Below, one piece after another: positions 33,729 to 43,100 of a stretch of DNA of 64,000 bases. A program made the translations under genes and the position numbers. The notes below the pieces were generated by a model that had not been told where the DNA came from, made no database searches, and saw nothing but the letters and a program-made list of their open reading frames with translations. Source of the stretch: an uncultured Lachnospiraceae bacterium (GTDB taxonomy: Bacteria; Bacillota; Clostridia; Oscillospirales; CAG-272); assembly GCA_964569225.1 (NCBI GenBank), contig CAZMTU010000001.1, forward strand, positions 2,422 through 66,421. Direction: 5' to 3'. Positions within the stretch are counted from its first letter, which is position 1. Each line of letters starts with the position of its first letter.

Positions 33729-35009
33729 ATGCTGGACATTAAATATATTGTAGAAAAACCGGATGAAGTAATTGCACGGCTTGCCAAAAAGGGCAAGGAT
33801 GCTAAAGAAGATATAGCACTAATACTGAAATTAAATAAAGAGCGCAAATCGTTGATACAGGAAACGGAAGCGCTGAAAGCGGAAAAAAATAAAACCTCAA
33901 AGCTGATTCCGCAATATAAGAAGGAACAAAAGGATACCGGTGAAATTTTTGCGAGAATGAAAGCAATTTCCGCCACTATTGACAGTATTGATGCCAAATT
34001 AAAGGAAGTAGAGGGTCAATTGACCGCCACTATGCTGGGGCTGCCTAATTTGCCTGATGAGGACCTGCTGCCGGGCGGAAAGGAAAACAATCAGCCGCTT
34101 CGTTACTTTGGGGAACCTCATAAATTTGATTTTACGCCCAAAAATCATGTTGATCTCTGCACTGATTTGGGATTGATAGACTATGACAGAGGAACAAAAC
34201 TGGCGGGTTCAGGCTTCTGGATCTACCGCGGTTTGGGCTCGCGGCTTGAGTGGGCGCTGCTAAACTATTTTATTGACTGCCATTTGGCGGACGGCTATGA
34301 GCTGATTCTGCCGCCGCACATGCTGGAGTATGAATGCGGTCTTACAGCGGGTCAGTTCCCTAAATTCGCGGATGAAGTCTACAAAATTGAGAATCCGACC
34401 GATAACCGAATTCATTACATGCTGCCTACCGCAGAGGCTGCGTTAGCGTCTATTTATCGAAATGAAATTCTAAGTGAGGCTGATTTGCCTAAAAAAATGA
34501 TGAGTTATACACCCTGCTTCCGTCGCGAGGCGGGTTCCTATCGCTCTGATGAACGCGGAATGGTGCGGGGGCATCAATTTAATAAGGTAGAAATGTTCCA
34601 GTACACCCTGCCTGAGAAGTCTGACGAGGCCTTTGAGGAATTGGTTACAAAGGCAGAGAATCTGGTGAAAGGACTGGGATTTCACTTCCGTACCGTAAAG
34701 CTTGCCGCTGAAGACTGCTCCGCTTCCATGGCGCGCACCTATGATATTGAAATTAATATTCCTTCCATGAACGGATATAAGGAGGTATCGTCAGTGTCCA
34801 ATGCCCGGGATTATCAGGCGCGCAGAGGAATGATGCGGGTAAAACGTGCGGATGGCAGTATTCAGTTCCTGCATACGTTGAATGGATCGGGGCTGGCTAC
34901 TTCTCGTATTCTTCCCGCATTGGTGGAACAAAATCAAAATGCAGACGGCTCAGTTACTGTCCCTGAGGTGCTGCGAAAGTATATCGGCGTAGATATTATT
35001 AAAAAATAA
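33729..35009 (+). CDS. serS: Seryl-tRNA synthetase
   Basis: Class II motifs FRREAGS, GHQFNKVE, GSGLATSR, and an N-terminal coiled-coil arm. Confidence 0.95.
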   Translation: MLDIKYIVEKPDEVIARLAKKGKDAKEDIALILKLNKERKSLIQETEALKAEKNKTSKLIPQYKKEQKDTGEIFARMKAISATIDSIDAKLKEVEGQLTATMLGLPNLPDEDLLPGGKENNQPLRYFGEPHKFDFTPKNHVDLCTDLGLIDYDRGTKLAGSGFWIYRGLGSRLEWALLNYFIDCHLADGYELILPPHMLEYECGLTAGQFPKFADEVYKIENPTDNRIHYMLPTAEAALASIYRNEILSEADLPKKMMSYTPCFRREAGSYRSDERGMVRGHQFNKVEMFQYTLPEKSDEAFEELVTKAENLVKGLGFHFRTVKLAAEDCSASMARTYDIEINIPSMNGYKEVSSVSNARDYQARRGMMRVKRADGSIQFLHTLNGSGLATSRILPALVEQNQNADGSVTVPEVLRKYIGVDIIKK

Positions 35010-35011
35010 AA

Positions 35012-35045
35012 AAGAGGAACTTCTTTCAAGAAGTTCCTCTTTAAT
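35012..35045 (+). terminator. serS terminator hairpin
   Basis: AAGAGGAACTTC-tttcaa-GAAGTTCCTCTT, a 12-bp perfect stem with a weak T tail. Confidence 0.6.
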
Positions 35046-35336
35046 TAATAAACTAATCAATGAATGAGAATTTAAATTAAACTGACTTACATAAAAAGAA
35101 ATTTAAACAGCTTTAAAACAATTACTTTAAAGTTATTAAAAATTTAAGGCGCTTTTTAAAAGTCAAAAAATAAAATTAAAGCTAAAACAGCAAAACTACA
35201 TTTATATTTGAGTTGAGGGGAGAATTTTTTAGCTCTCCCCTTTTTGGTTTGCCTATTAAACCGTTTAAAAAAGTTTTTATAAATCATGTGATTGAATTCA
35301 GAAGTAAATTTGACTTTCACTATTAAAAAATTTGGT

Positions 35337-37154
35337 TTAAACCAATTTTATGTTTCTTCCTTCTAACCATGCAGATAACTGAAGCATCCAGGCAATAAGC
35401 TGCGGACGCGCCATAAGCTGCCCGTACCAGGTTGTATTTTCACCTTCCATAAATGCAGAAAGGGCTTTTCGATCAATTAGCGAAGTAAAAAGCGAGTCCT
35501 TTTTCAGCTCGTTTGCCAGCTTTTCCCGAACCAACTTCTCATAAAGCGGATTATGGGTTTTGGGATAGGGCGATTTCTTTCGATTTAAAATATAATCAGG
35601 CAGAAAATCGCCTGCAGCCGCTCGCAGCAATGATTTTTCTCTTCCTCCGGCAAACTTGTATGACCATGGCAGGTTATATACATACTCAATAAAGCGATGA
35701 TCCGCAAACGGAACACGCACTTCGACTGACGCAGCCATACTCATACGGTCTTTGCGCATCAGCAGATTTTGCATAAAATAGCGTACAGACAGGCAGGTGG
35801 CGAGCCGCGCGGTCCGATCTTCTTCGGCTTCTCCTTCAATTACCGGACAGGTACTAAGAAAATTTTGGTAAACATCGGACAGCCAATGATATCCCTCGTT
35901 CGGAAGAACACGTTCAGCGCGGAAAAGCTGAATTCGGGCGAACGGATCATGAATCCACGGGAAGAAATCGCGGTAAAGCATTTCCGGACGATAAAACCAA
36001 GGATATCCGCCAAAAATTTCATCCGAGCATTCACCAGACAGCGCTACTGTGTGGCACTCTTTAACTTTTCGACAGTAGTAAAGCAAGGAGGAGTCGATGT
36101 CTGATTGCCCTGGCATGTCACGAAAGAGAGCCGCTTCGGTCAATAAATCCGCTACCACCATGGTCGGTGCGGTCAACACTGTATGTTTGGTGCCAAGATC
36201 TGATGCAAGACGCTGTGCAAATGCGTCATCCCCCTGGGGCTGAAAAAGCGTTGAATGAAAATTCTCTCGATTTCCCTCGTATTCAAAGGAATAGGTGGAA
36301 AGCTGTTCACCCTTTTCGCGCAAGCAGTCAGCGGCAATGGCAGTAATTACAGAAGAGTCCAATCCGCCTGATAAAAAGGTACAAAGCGGAACATCGCTGA
36401 TAATCTGCCGACTTACAGCATCTTTTAGCAGCATGGCGGTATAATGAACCGCTTCGTCTAAGGAATCATTGCAAATGGAGGCGATAAGCTGCCAATAATA
36501 ATCCCGCTTCGCGCCCTCAGGTGAAAGACAAAGCCGTTCGCCCGCTTTAATTTGATGAATATCGCGGAAAATAGCTGATTCTTCGGTAGTAACCGGCGCA
36601 AGAAAAAGCAGTTCCCACAACCCTTTCTGATCTATGATAGGACAAATTGCCGGATGAGCCAACAGGGCCTTGGGTTCGGAAGCAAACAGCCAGCGATCAC
36701 CGCTTTTAGCGTAATACAGCGGTTTTACACCCAGTCTGTCTCTTGCAACAAAGAGCGATTTGGCTGTATGATCATATACTAAAAAGGCAAAAATTCCATT
36801 TAGATAGCAGGGACAATCGGCGCCATAAAAAATATAGGACCAGAGGACTGCTTCTGTATCGCAGTGAGTGGTAAATACAGCCCCTTTTTCAGTCAAGTCT
36901 TTTTTTAATTCGTTGGTGTTATAGATTTCACCGTTATAAATGATGGTGTATTGTCTATTTTGATAGACAATACTCATTGGCTGACCGCCGCTGTAAGGAT
37001 CCATTACCGAAAGCCGGTTGTGGGCAAAGCAAATTGTTTCATCAAAGAAAACACCGCTTTGATCAGGGCCACGGTGCTGCATGGTGGCAGACATATTCCG
37101 GATATGAATTGCGTCCCCCGGATTCGGACGGTAAATAGCTGCAATTGAACACAT
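35337..37154 (-). CDS. asnB: Asparagine synthase (glutamine-hydrolysing)
   Basis: N-terminal MC nucleophile and PP-loop FLSGGLDSS. Confidence 0.9.
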   Translation of the reverse strand: MCSIAAIYRPNPGDAIHIRNMSATMQHRGPDQSGVFFDETICFAHNRLSVMDPYSGGQPMSIVYQNRQYTIIYNGEIYNTNELKKDLTEKGAVFTTHCDTEAVLWSYIFYGADCPCYLNGIFAFLVYDHTAKSLFVARDRLGVKPLYYAKSGDRWLFASEPKALLAHPAICPIIDQKGLWELLFLAPVTTEESAIFRDIHQIKAGERLCLSPEGAKRDYYWQLIASICNDSLDEAVHYTAMLLKDAVSRQIISDVPLCTFLSGGLDSSVITAIAADCLREKGEQLSTYSFEYEGNRENFHSTLFQPQGDDAFAQRLASDLGTKHTVLTAPTMVVADLLTEAALFRDMPGQSDIDSSLLYYCRKVKECHTVALSGECSDEIFGGYPWFYRPEMLYRDFFPWIHDPFARIQLFRAERVLPNEGYHWLSDVYQNFLSTCPVIEGEAEEDRTARLATCLSVRYFMQNLLMRKDRMSMAASVEVRVPFADHRFIEYVYNLPWSYKFAGGREKSLLRAAAGDFLPDYILNRKKSPYPKTHNPLYEKLVREKLANELKKDSLFTSLIDRKALSAFMEGENTTWYGQLMARPQLIAWMLQLSAWLEGRNIKLV

Positions 37155-37208
37155 AAAAAATCACCTTACCGTAATATATGCCGGTAAGGTGGTATAGGTT
37201 CCGAAAAA

Positions 37209-37868
37209 TCAGAGCGTAGCAAGCAGTCCTGCCAGACGAGCGGCAATTACTTCATGTCCTGCATCGTTGGGGTGAAGCCCATCGGGAATATACGCTATTC
37301 GCTGTGTTTCGATTCTCGGCTGCATACCTGACGCCTTAAAAAGATCCAACACAGGCAATGAGTATTGCTCGGCTGCCTTGCGAAGAATGTCTACATAAGT
37401 AGACAAAATGCCCACATCTGCTGATTTGTTGCCATCTCCTCTTGGATTCAGTTCATTGGTTCTGTGAAGCGGCGTCATCACCACAATGACAGCAGTGGGA
37501 TATTTCTCGATTAGCTTGGTAAACAGCAGATTGCATCCGCCCCAAAAACTGTCCGGCGTCTGATCCTCCGGTGATCCCAGCGGTGCGTCCCCATGACCGA
37601 AGTCATTGGTACCTCCGAAAACCACAATTACATCGGCATCGGGAGCCATTTCGTCTACACGAGTAGAAAAATATCGTTCCGCCCGATCGTTTGGATTATT
37701 TGGCGCCAACTGTCTTGCGATTCTTGAACCGCTGATGCCGTAATTGCGCGCAATGATGTTATAGCGTTTGGCAAGCAGATTCATAAAAACGCGGGACGGT
37801 TCGGAAACGCCTACTCCCTCGGTAATACTATCGCCTAAAAAATTTATTTTTAATCCACGAATATCCAT
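37209..37868 (-). CDS. SGNH/GDSL-family hydrolase
   Basis: Block I FLGDSITEG, block III GGTND, block V DGLHPN. AAGGAG RBS before the ATG at 37868. Confidence 0.85.
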   Translation of the reverse strand: MDIRGLKINFLGDSITEGVGVSEPSRVFMNLLAKRYNIIARNYGISGSRIARQLAPNNPNDRAERYFSTRVDEMAPDADVIVVFGGTNDFGHGDAPLGSPEDQTPDSFWGGCNLLFTKLIEKYPTAVIVVMTPLHRTNELNPRGDGNKSADVGILSTYVDILRKAAEQYSLPVLDLFKASGMQPRIETQRIAYIPDGLHPNDAGHEVIAARLAGLLATL

Positions 37869-37954
37869 ATTTTTCTCCTTACTAATAAGCAATTAAGACA
37901 GTTAAATTCATTTTAAATAAATAGCCTATTAAAAAGCCAGTGAAAAGCCCCATG

Positions 37955-38145
37955 ATAAAAGACACGTAAAATCGATTTTCGATAAAAGCGCCCTCTGTGT
38001 TCGCGCTTTTTTATGCGCTAAACAGCTATGATATGGCAATGGAAAATCGGCAATTACGAAATGAAAAATGAGGGGGAGAGCATAAAGCCGATTTTCGTTA
38101 AAAGCGCTATTTGTGTTAGCACTTTTTTTGTGCGCTTTTATTTGT
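37955..38145. repeat. Two direct copies of a 50-nt sub-module of the 'alpha' repeat
   Basis: 37968-38018 (AAATCGATTTTCGATAAAAGCGCCCTCTGTGTTCGCGCTTTTTTATGCGC) matches 38085-38135 (AAGCCGATTTTCGTTAAAAGCGCTATTTGTGTTAGCACTTTTTTTGTGCGC). Both resemble the reverse complement of part of the 60.8-61.4 kb unit. Confidence 0.7.
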
Positions 38146-38198
38146 GCCTTTATTATAACGTAGTTTTCAAAAAAAATCAATAAATTTAGATAAACTTA

Positions 38199-38227
38199 TT
38201 GACAGATTTCAAAAAAATGGCTACAAT
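38199..38227 (+). promoter_or_regulatory. Sigma-A promoter: TTGACA, 17-nt spacer, TACAAT
   Basis: TTGACA at 38199-38204 and TACAAT at 38222-38227. Confidence 0.6.
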
Positions 38228-38266
38228 GATAATATCTGTTATAGTTCTAATTTTAGGAGGAAAAAA

Positions 38267-38695
38267 ATGAAAAATGCACTGCTGAAGATCACGCTGCTTA
38301 CCTTGACGCTTTCCGCACTGATTGCGCTGTTGGTATATTTGTCTAAGCATAGGGAAGAAGTGAAGACCGCAGCCAAAAAAAGCAAGGAAAAAGTGAAATC
38401 TGCGGCTGGCAAGGCTACCGCAAAAGGCAAAAAAACATCCGATAAGCTATTATCCAAGCTGAAAAAGAAAGATTGCGATGTTATGGAATTGGATACGGAT
38501 GGCGACGGTGAAACCGATGCGGTTCTGATGGACACTACCGGTGACGGCGAAATCGACACTATTTTAATGGACACTACCGGTGACGGTGAAATTGACACTA
38601 TTTTGGCGGACACTACCGGTGACGGTGAAATTGATACCGTTTTAGCGGACACTACCGGCGACGGCGAAATTGATACGGTAGTTACCGCTGACTGA
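38267..38695 (+). CDS. Small membrane-anchored protein with a polybasic linker and five DxxGDGExD repeats
   Basis: AGGAGG RBS, N-terminal TM (LLKITLLTLTLSALIALLVYL), K-rich segment, then LDTDGDGETDAVLM followed by 4 x DTTGDGEIDT(I/V)L(M/A). Own promoter and strong terminator. Confidence 0.75.
   Translation: MKNALLKITLLTLTLSALIALLVYLSKHREEVKTAAKKSKEKVKSAAGKATAKGKKTSDKLLSKLKKKDCDVMELDTDGDGETDAVLMDTTGDGEIDTILMDTTGDGEIDTILADTTGDGEIDTVLADTTGDGEIDTVVTAD
38492..38686 (+). repeat. Five in-frame tandem 39-bp repeats
   Basis: 38492, 38531, 38570, 38609 and 38648 each start a 39-bp unit. Units 2-5 differ by only a few synonymous or conservative changes. Confidence 0.9.
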
Positions 38696-38714
38696 ATTTA
38701 ATTTTGTCTTTTTA

Positions 38715-38747
38715 TTTGCTCCTTCTTTCGGGAAGGAGCAAATTTTT
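38715..38747 (+). terminator. Rho-independent terminator
   Basis: TTTGCTCCTTC pairs with GAAGGAGCAAA, followed by TTTTT. Confidence 0.8.
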
Positions 38748-39065
38748 ATATTGATGCATGGTTTGAGTCACTTCCTCATTCAATCTGGCGCGAAGCTTTT
38801 TAACGGTTAACTGTTTATTCTATGCTTTGAAAGATAAAATATGCTCTTTAGGAATAGTTTTCCCTCGTCTATATTCGTCAAACTGTATCACAAGTAGTGA
38901 CAGAAGGCTTTTTTTTACTGAAATTCCTGCTTTTTCGATGGAAAAAATCATTTTATCATCTGCTTCCTTCGACTAAAAATATCTGTCTGTCCGAGTACAA
39001 TAAAGACAGGTGAAGCCTACCCTTTATATGTGAATTGTGAATGAAAAAAGGAAGGATGAAGGATC

Positions 39066-41414
39066 ATGGAATTTCGGATTAAAGCCAAAGAGCGACTGGA
39101 AGCGCTGCAAAAAAAGGCGGACGCTACTGTATCAGCGCTCCTTGGACGGGAAAGCGCGGCGCTGGATGAAGAAGATGCCGCGCGTTTGCGCCGAAGGGCG
39201 GCTGTTTGCGCGTTATGGTGTGGCGCGGGATTTTTGCTGCAAGGCGCGTCTGCTCTTTTTGGAACCTATCCGTTTGGATTAGCGCTGCTTAGCGCGGTCA
39301 GCCGCAGCGGGGCATTCTGTGTTTGGGCGGGGGCTGTGGCGGGCGCGTTGGCGACCGGTTCGTCGGCTGGAAGCAGCGCTTTTTGCTTTGTCGTGATTTT
39401 GTCTATGGTGCTGGGCGCGCGGATCCTGCTGTCCACTCACGGAGAAGAGGACAGTCCGCTGTTTGGCGAGCCGCTTCGGCTGAGGATCGCGGTCTGCACA
39501 TTAGCCGCGTTTCTTGCGGGCATGTATACCGTAATTGTAGATCAATTCAACTTTCAAGGCATACTTACACTGCTCTTTGGACTGATCGCCTCTCCGGTTG
39601 CAGCCGCTTTGTTTTATTGCGGATTGGAAAGCGATCTTTCGCTTTCTCTTCGGGAAGTGGGACGCTGCGCGCTGCTCTACGCGGTTATCTATGCTCTATC
39701 TGCTCATAGCCTGTTTGGACTTTCTCTAGCGCTTATTGCCTCCTCGCTGGTTATTTTGACCGCTGCGCTCAGCGGCGGCTTGGTGAGGGGCGTACTGGTA
39801 GGGCTGATCTGCGGACTGGCAAGCGGGCAGTCACCGCTGCTGTTAGCCATTGGCGGTCTTGCCGCAGGGGCGATCCGAATGTTCGGCAGCGGCAGCGCCA
39901 TGTTCTGCTATCTGGTGTTGACGGCAGGATTGAAAATTTGGGCGGATGGACTTTGGGGAGCGGTTCCGTTTATTGGGAATTTGCTGTTTGGTTCATTAAT
40001 TTTTCTTCCATTAGAAAAAACGGGCGTATTGGGGAAGCTGCATTTATTTCCCGCTGCAGAACAGCCGCAGATCACAGAAGAAACCCGTCGGGTTCAGGAC
40101 GAAAAAAAGCTGCGGCGATTGGCAGGAGCGTTTGATGAGCTGTCCGCGTTGATGTTGAAGCTTTCCCAGCAGCTTCGGAATCCGGGAGCAGGTGAAATGC
40201 GGGAACTGTGCGAAACAGTGTTTGAAAAGCATTGCCGCCGCTGCGCGCAAAATACCGTCTGCTGGCAGCAAGAATATGAAAGCACTCAAGAAGCAATAAA
40301 TAAGTTGGCGGAACAAATTCCGTTGAAGGGAATGCCTGATCGAAAGGACCTGCCTTCTTACTTTATAGAGCGCTGTCAGAAAATCGATAAAATACTTGCC
40401 GATGTTGGCAAAAGTGTTACGGAGCTGATTGAGGGTGCTGTTTTGAGAGATCGTACAGAACTGTTCGCGCTGGATTACGAAGCCATTTCGGAACTGCTTC
40501 GGGCTTCCGCTGAGGATGACGGCGATCTTCAGCCGGATGATGAACTGCGGCAACTGTTTGCCGAGGCGGTTCGTCAAATGGGCATTCAGGCGATCGGCTG
40601 CGGAGCATGGGGCAGACGGCAGAAAACGCTGATTGCTTCGGGCGTTACACTTTCCAGTATCAGTGACGCCGGTCGTGAGATCAGGCAGAAGTTAGAGGAA
40701 AAGACCGGCTTGCTGCTGACTGATCCTGAGTTTAAGTTTGCCGGTGAAAGCGTTAGTATGCAGTTAAGCAGCCGGATGAAGCTGAAGCTCACCACTGCCC
40801 GCGCCAGCAGCGTTAAGGCGCATGAAGCGGTCAGCGGAGATATGGCGCGTTCCTTTCCATCCGATGCGGGGTTTGGCTACGCCCTGATCTGTGACGGAAT
40901 GGGCAGCGGACGTATAGCCGCCACCGCGGCACAGGTAAGCGCGGTCTTTTTAGAGAAAATGCTTGGTGCAGGAAACGCGAAATCGGTAACGCTGAAGCTG
41001 CTGTCTAATTTTATCCGGGGCAGATCAGAGGAATGTCATTGTACAGTGGATCTGCTGGAAGTCGATCTTTACACCGGCAGCGCCAGCTTTATCAAATGCG
41101 GCGCGTCTCCCTCATATGTTTTGCGGGACGGAAATATTTTCAAAATAGATGTCAGCAGTATGCCGCTTGGACTAACCAGAGAAATCAACGCGGAGGAAAT
41201 CGGAATGGTTTTGAGAGAAGGGGATGTGATTCTGCAAACCTCCGACGGAGTAGCGGGCTGCTTAGAGGATGCGCTTTGGCTGCCTGAGCTGCTGGCGTCC
41301 CTTGCCGGAAAGGGCGTACAGGAGATCGCTGGCGCTATCCATTCCCGTACGCTTGCCGAAAATGGCAGCGGAGATGACATTAGCATTTTGGTTACCCGTG
41401 TGGAGGGCGTTTAA
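39066..41414 (+). CDS. spoIIE: Stage II sporulation protein E (PP2C phosphatase with polytopic N-terminal domain)
   Basis: About 10 TM segments, a central regulatory region, and a C-terminal PP2C (GDMARSF...ALICDGMGSG...TSDGV...DDISILV). Confidence 0.9.
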   Translation: MEFRIKAKERLEALQKKADATVSALLGRESAALDEEDAARLRRRAAVCALWCGAGFLLQGASALFGTYPFGLALLSAVSRSGAFCVWAGAVAGALATGSSAGSSAFCFVVILSMVLGARILLSTHGEEDSPLFGEPLRLRIAVCTLAAFLAGMYTVIVDQFNFQGILTLLFGLIASPVAAALFYCGLESDLSLSLREVGRCALLYAVIYALSAHSLFGLSLALIASSLVILTAALSGGLVRGVLVGLICGLASGQSPLLLAIGGLAAGAIRMFGSGSAMFCYLVLTAGLKIWADGLWGAVPFIGNLLFGSLIFLPLEKTGVLGKLHLFPAAEQPQITEETRRVQDEKKLRRLAGAFDELSALMLKLSQQLRNPGAGEMRELCETVFEKHCRRCAQNTVCWQQEYESTQEAINKLAEQIPLKGMPDRKDLPSYFIERCQKIDKILADVGKSVTELIEGAVLRDRTELFALDYEAISELLRASAEDDGDLQPDDELRQLFAEAVRQMGIQAIGCGAWGRRQKTLIASGVTLSSISDAGREIRQKLEEKTGLLLTDPEFKFAGESVSMQLSSRMKLKLTTARASSVKAHEAVSGDMARSFPSDAGFGYALICDGMGSGRIAATAAQVSAVFLEKMLGAGNAKSVTLKLLSNFIRGRSEECHCTVDLLEVDLYTGSASFIKCGASPSYVLRDGNIFKIDVSSMPLGLTREINAEEIGMVLREGDVILQTSDGVAGCLEDALWLPELLASLAGKGVQEIAGAIHSRTLAENGSGDDISILVTRVEGV

Positions 41415-41434
41415 AAAATGACTTATTTTATGGA

Positions 41435-41475
41435 AAAGGGATGCCGTATGGAAAATGCGGCATCTCCTTTTCTTT
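41435..41475 (+). terminator. spoIIE terminator hairpin (bulged)
   Basis: AAAGGGATGCCG pairs with CGGCATC-T-CCTTT, followed by a T-rich tail. Confidence 0.55.
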
Positions 41476-41756
41476 GAATCAGACTCGCTTAATCCGCTTA
41501 ATTAATAAGGCTTGTGAAAGCCGGACAAATGCTCGTCCGGTTGGGAAGGTATGATAACCGCTTTTACACCGTATATTCGCTGACGCGATTCTTAATAAAA
41601 ATACACGGAATTTTAGTTAGTGTAAGCAGGGATTGTTTGGGATTTTGAAAATACTTGACTATCCGCATAGCCTGTTTGCCGGGCAGACTGTTGAATGGGT
41701 TCAGACGGGGGAAATGCTTAGAAGCATTTGGGGCAAGCGGGAAAAGCAAATTTTCC

Positions 41757-41788
41757 GAAAAAAATAGAGCGCTTCCGAAGAAGCGCTC
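41757..41788 (-). terminator. Rho-independent terminator of the EIIC-like gene
   Basis: AGAGCGCTTC-cgaa-GAAGCGCTCT with T7 on the minus strand. Confidence 0.75.
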
Positions 41789-41796
41789 TTGTCTGA

Positions 41797-42903
41797 TTAA
41801 ACATCAATTTTCATATCGCCGGTTTTGACCCAGCCGATCCTGCGCAGAATTTCATTGAATATAAATGATAGGATCGCGGGGAGGACAATGCAAAGCAGCA
41901 GAACACCAATCCATGCGTTTGCCGACCAGTTCATATCAATCAAAATCTGCCAAGGGGAGAGCAAGCCGCAGGTACCCATGCCCGCGTTTACTCCGGAGCA
42001 GTGAAGTTTGAAGATCATTGTGGAAAGCGGACCGCAGATAGCAGCCGCAAGCGTAGGCGCGATCCAAATCTGAGGGCGGCGGCAAATATTGCCCATTTGA
42101 AGCATAGAGGTTCCAAGTCCCTGTGCAACCAATCCGCCCCATTTGTTTTCCCGAAAGGAGATTACTGCAAAGCCAACCATTTGACAACAGCATCCGACCG
42201 CCGCTGCGCCTGCGGCCAGCATCAGCGTCTGTGACAGTGTTTCGCCGGACGCGGCGGTGAAGATCATGGCGCACAGTGCCGCACTGGAAATCGGAAGCGT
42301 CAGCACCATTCCCACAATGACCGCAAGCAGAATCCCCATAATAAGCGGTGCTCTGCCGGTCGCATACTCAATAAACAACCGGAGATAGTAGATCAGTCTT
42401 GCAACCCAGGGGCAGAGCAGCCATGTTGCGCCGTAGCCTACAATAAGCGTAACGGCGGGTGTGACCAAAATATCAATTTTGGTGGTTTTAGATACCAGTT
42501 TACCAAATTCGCAGGCAAACAGCACCGCAATAAAGGAGCCAGCCGGTCCTGCCGAATAGCTTCCGCCCGCAATCGCTGTTGTAAACATACCGCCCATTGC
42601 GCCAATGGCCGCGCAGGCATAAGTTACTAACGGCGGGGCTTTTAGCTTGCAGGCAATGGCTACGCCGATCGCACCGCCGTATACATACGGTGAGGAGGCG
42701 TAGGCTGCGATCACATGAAACAGATCAGTGGTACTGTCCGCAAAGAAAGCATTTCCCAATGCCTTAAAAATGGTTCCGATCAGCAGTGTGGCGAACAGTC
42801 CCAGCGCCATTGCGCCCATGGCGTCAATAAAGTACACCTTAGCGCTGATTCGGATCTGCTTCCGTTCAAGGAAGGCTTTGATTTTGCCCAGTTTAGTTGT
42901 CAT
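41797..42903 (-). CDS. Stand-alone PTS EIIC-like polytopic membrane protein (PF13303-type)
   Basis: 368 aa with about 10 TM segments. The Gly/Ala-rich helices and N-terminus resemble the stand-alone EIIC_2 family from memory. No EIIA/EIIB partner nearby. Confidence 0.6.
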   Translation of the reverse strand: MTTKLGKIKAFLERKQIRISAKVYFIDAMGAMALGLFATLLIGTIFKALGNAFFADSTTDLFHVIAAYASSPYVYGGAIGVAIACKLKAPPLVTYACAAIGAMGGMFTTAIAGGSYSAGPAGSFIAVLFACEFGKLVSKTTKIDILVTPAVTLIVGYGATWLLCPWVARLIYYLRLFIEYATGRAPLIMGILLAVIVGMVLTLPISSAALCAMIFTAASGETLSQTLMLAAGAAAVGCCCQMVGFAVISFRENKWGGLVAQGLGTSMLQMGNICRRPQIWIAPTLAAAICGPLSTMIFKLHCSGVNAGMGTCGLLSPWQILIDMNWSANAWIGVLLLCIVLPAILSFIFNEILRRIGWVKTGDMKIDV

Positions 42904-43017
42904 TTTTTCTCTTTCTCCGCCGCCAAAAAGAAAATCTGAAAAAGTGCGGGCTTGCCTGCGGCGGCAGGCACTAATCCCCGAGGGTGATCTTTTTCGTAAA
43001 TTTTAGTCATTATATAA

Positions 43018-43046
43018 ATTATAACCGTAATTCTTTTTGGTGTCAA
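43018..43046 (-). promoter_or_regulatory. Sigma-A promoter: TTGACA, 17-nt spacer, TATAAT, for the EIIC-like gene
   Basis: rc of 43041-43046 is TTGACA and rc of 43018-43023 is TATAAT. This leaves a leader of about 105 nt. Confidence 0.6.
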
Positions 43047-43100
43047 TAGTGATTTCAACCAAAAAATACTGATGTTTGTCGATTTTATTTCCAAAAAACA

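Noticed and set aside
38492-38686. Regular 39-bp repeats that could be mistaken for a CRISPR array
   Set aside because: The repeats are contiguous with no unique spacers. They are in frame within a gene that has an RBS, promoter and terminator, and they encode a sensible peptide repeat. No cas genes are in the window.
38748-39065. Spo0A boxes (TGTCGAA) upstream of spoIIE, and a 43-aa minus-strand ORF remnant
   Set aside because: Only 6-of-7 near matches (TTCGACT), which are expected by chance. The short ORF is interrupted and has no RBS.
41564-41749. 61-aa minus-strand ORF between spoIIE and the EIIC-like gene
   Set aside because: It lies downstream of the EIIC gene terminator and has no RBS or motif.
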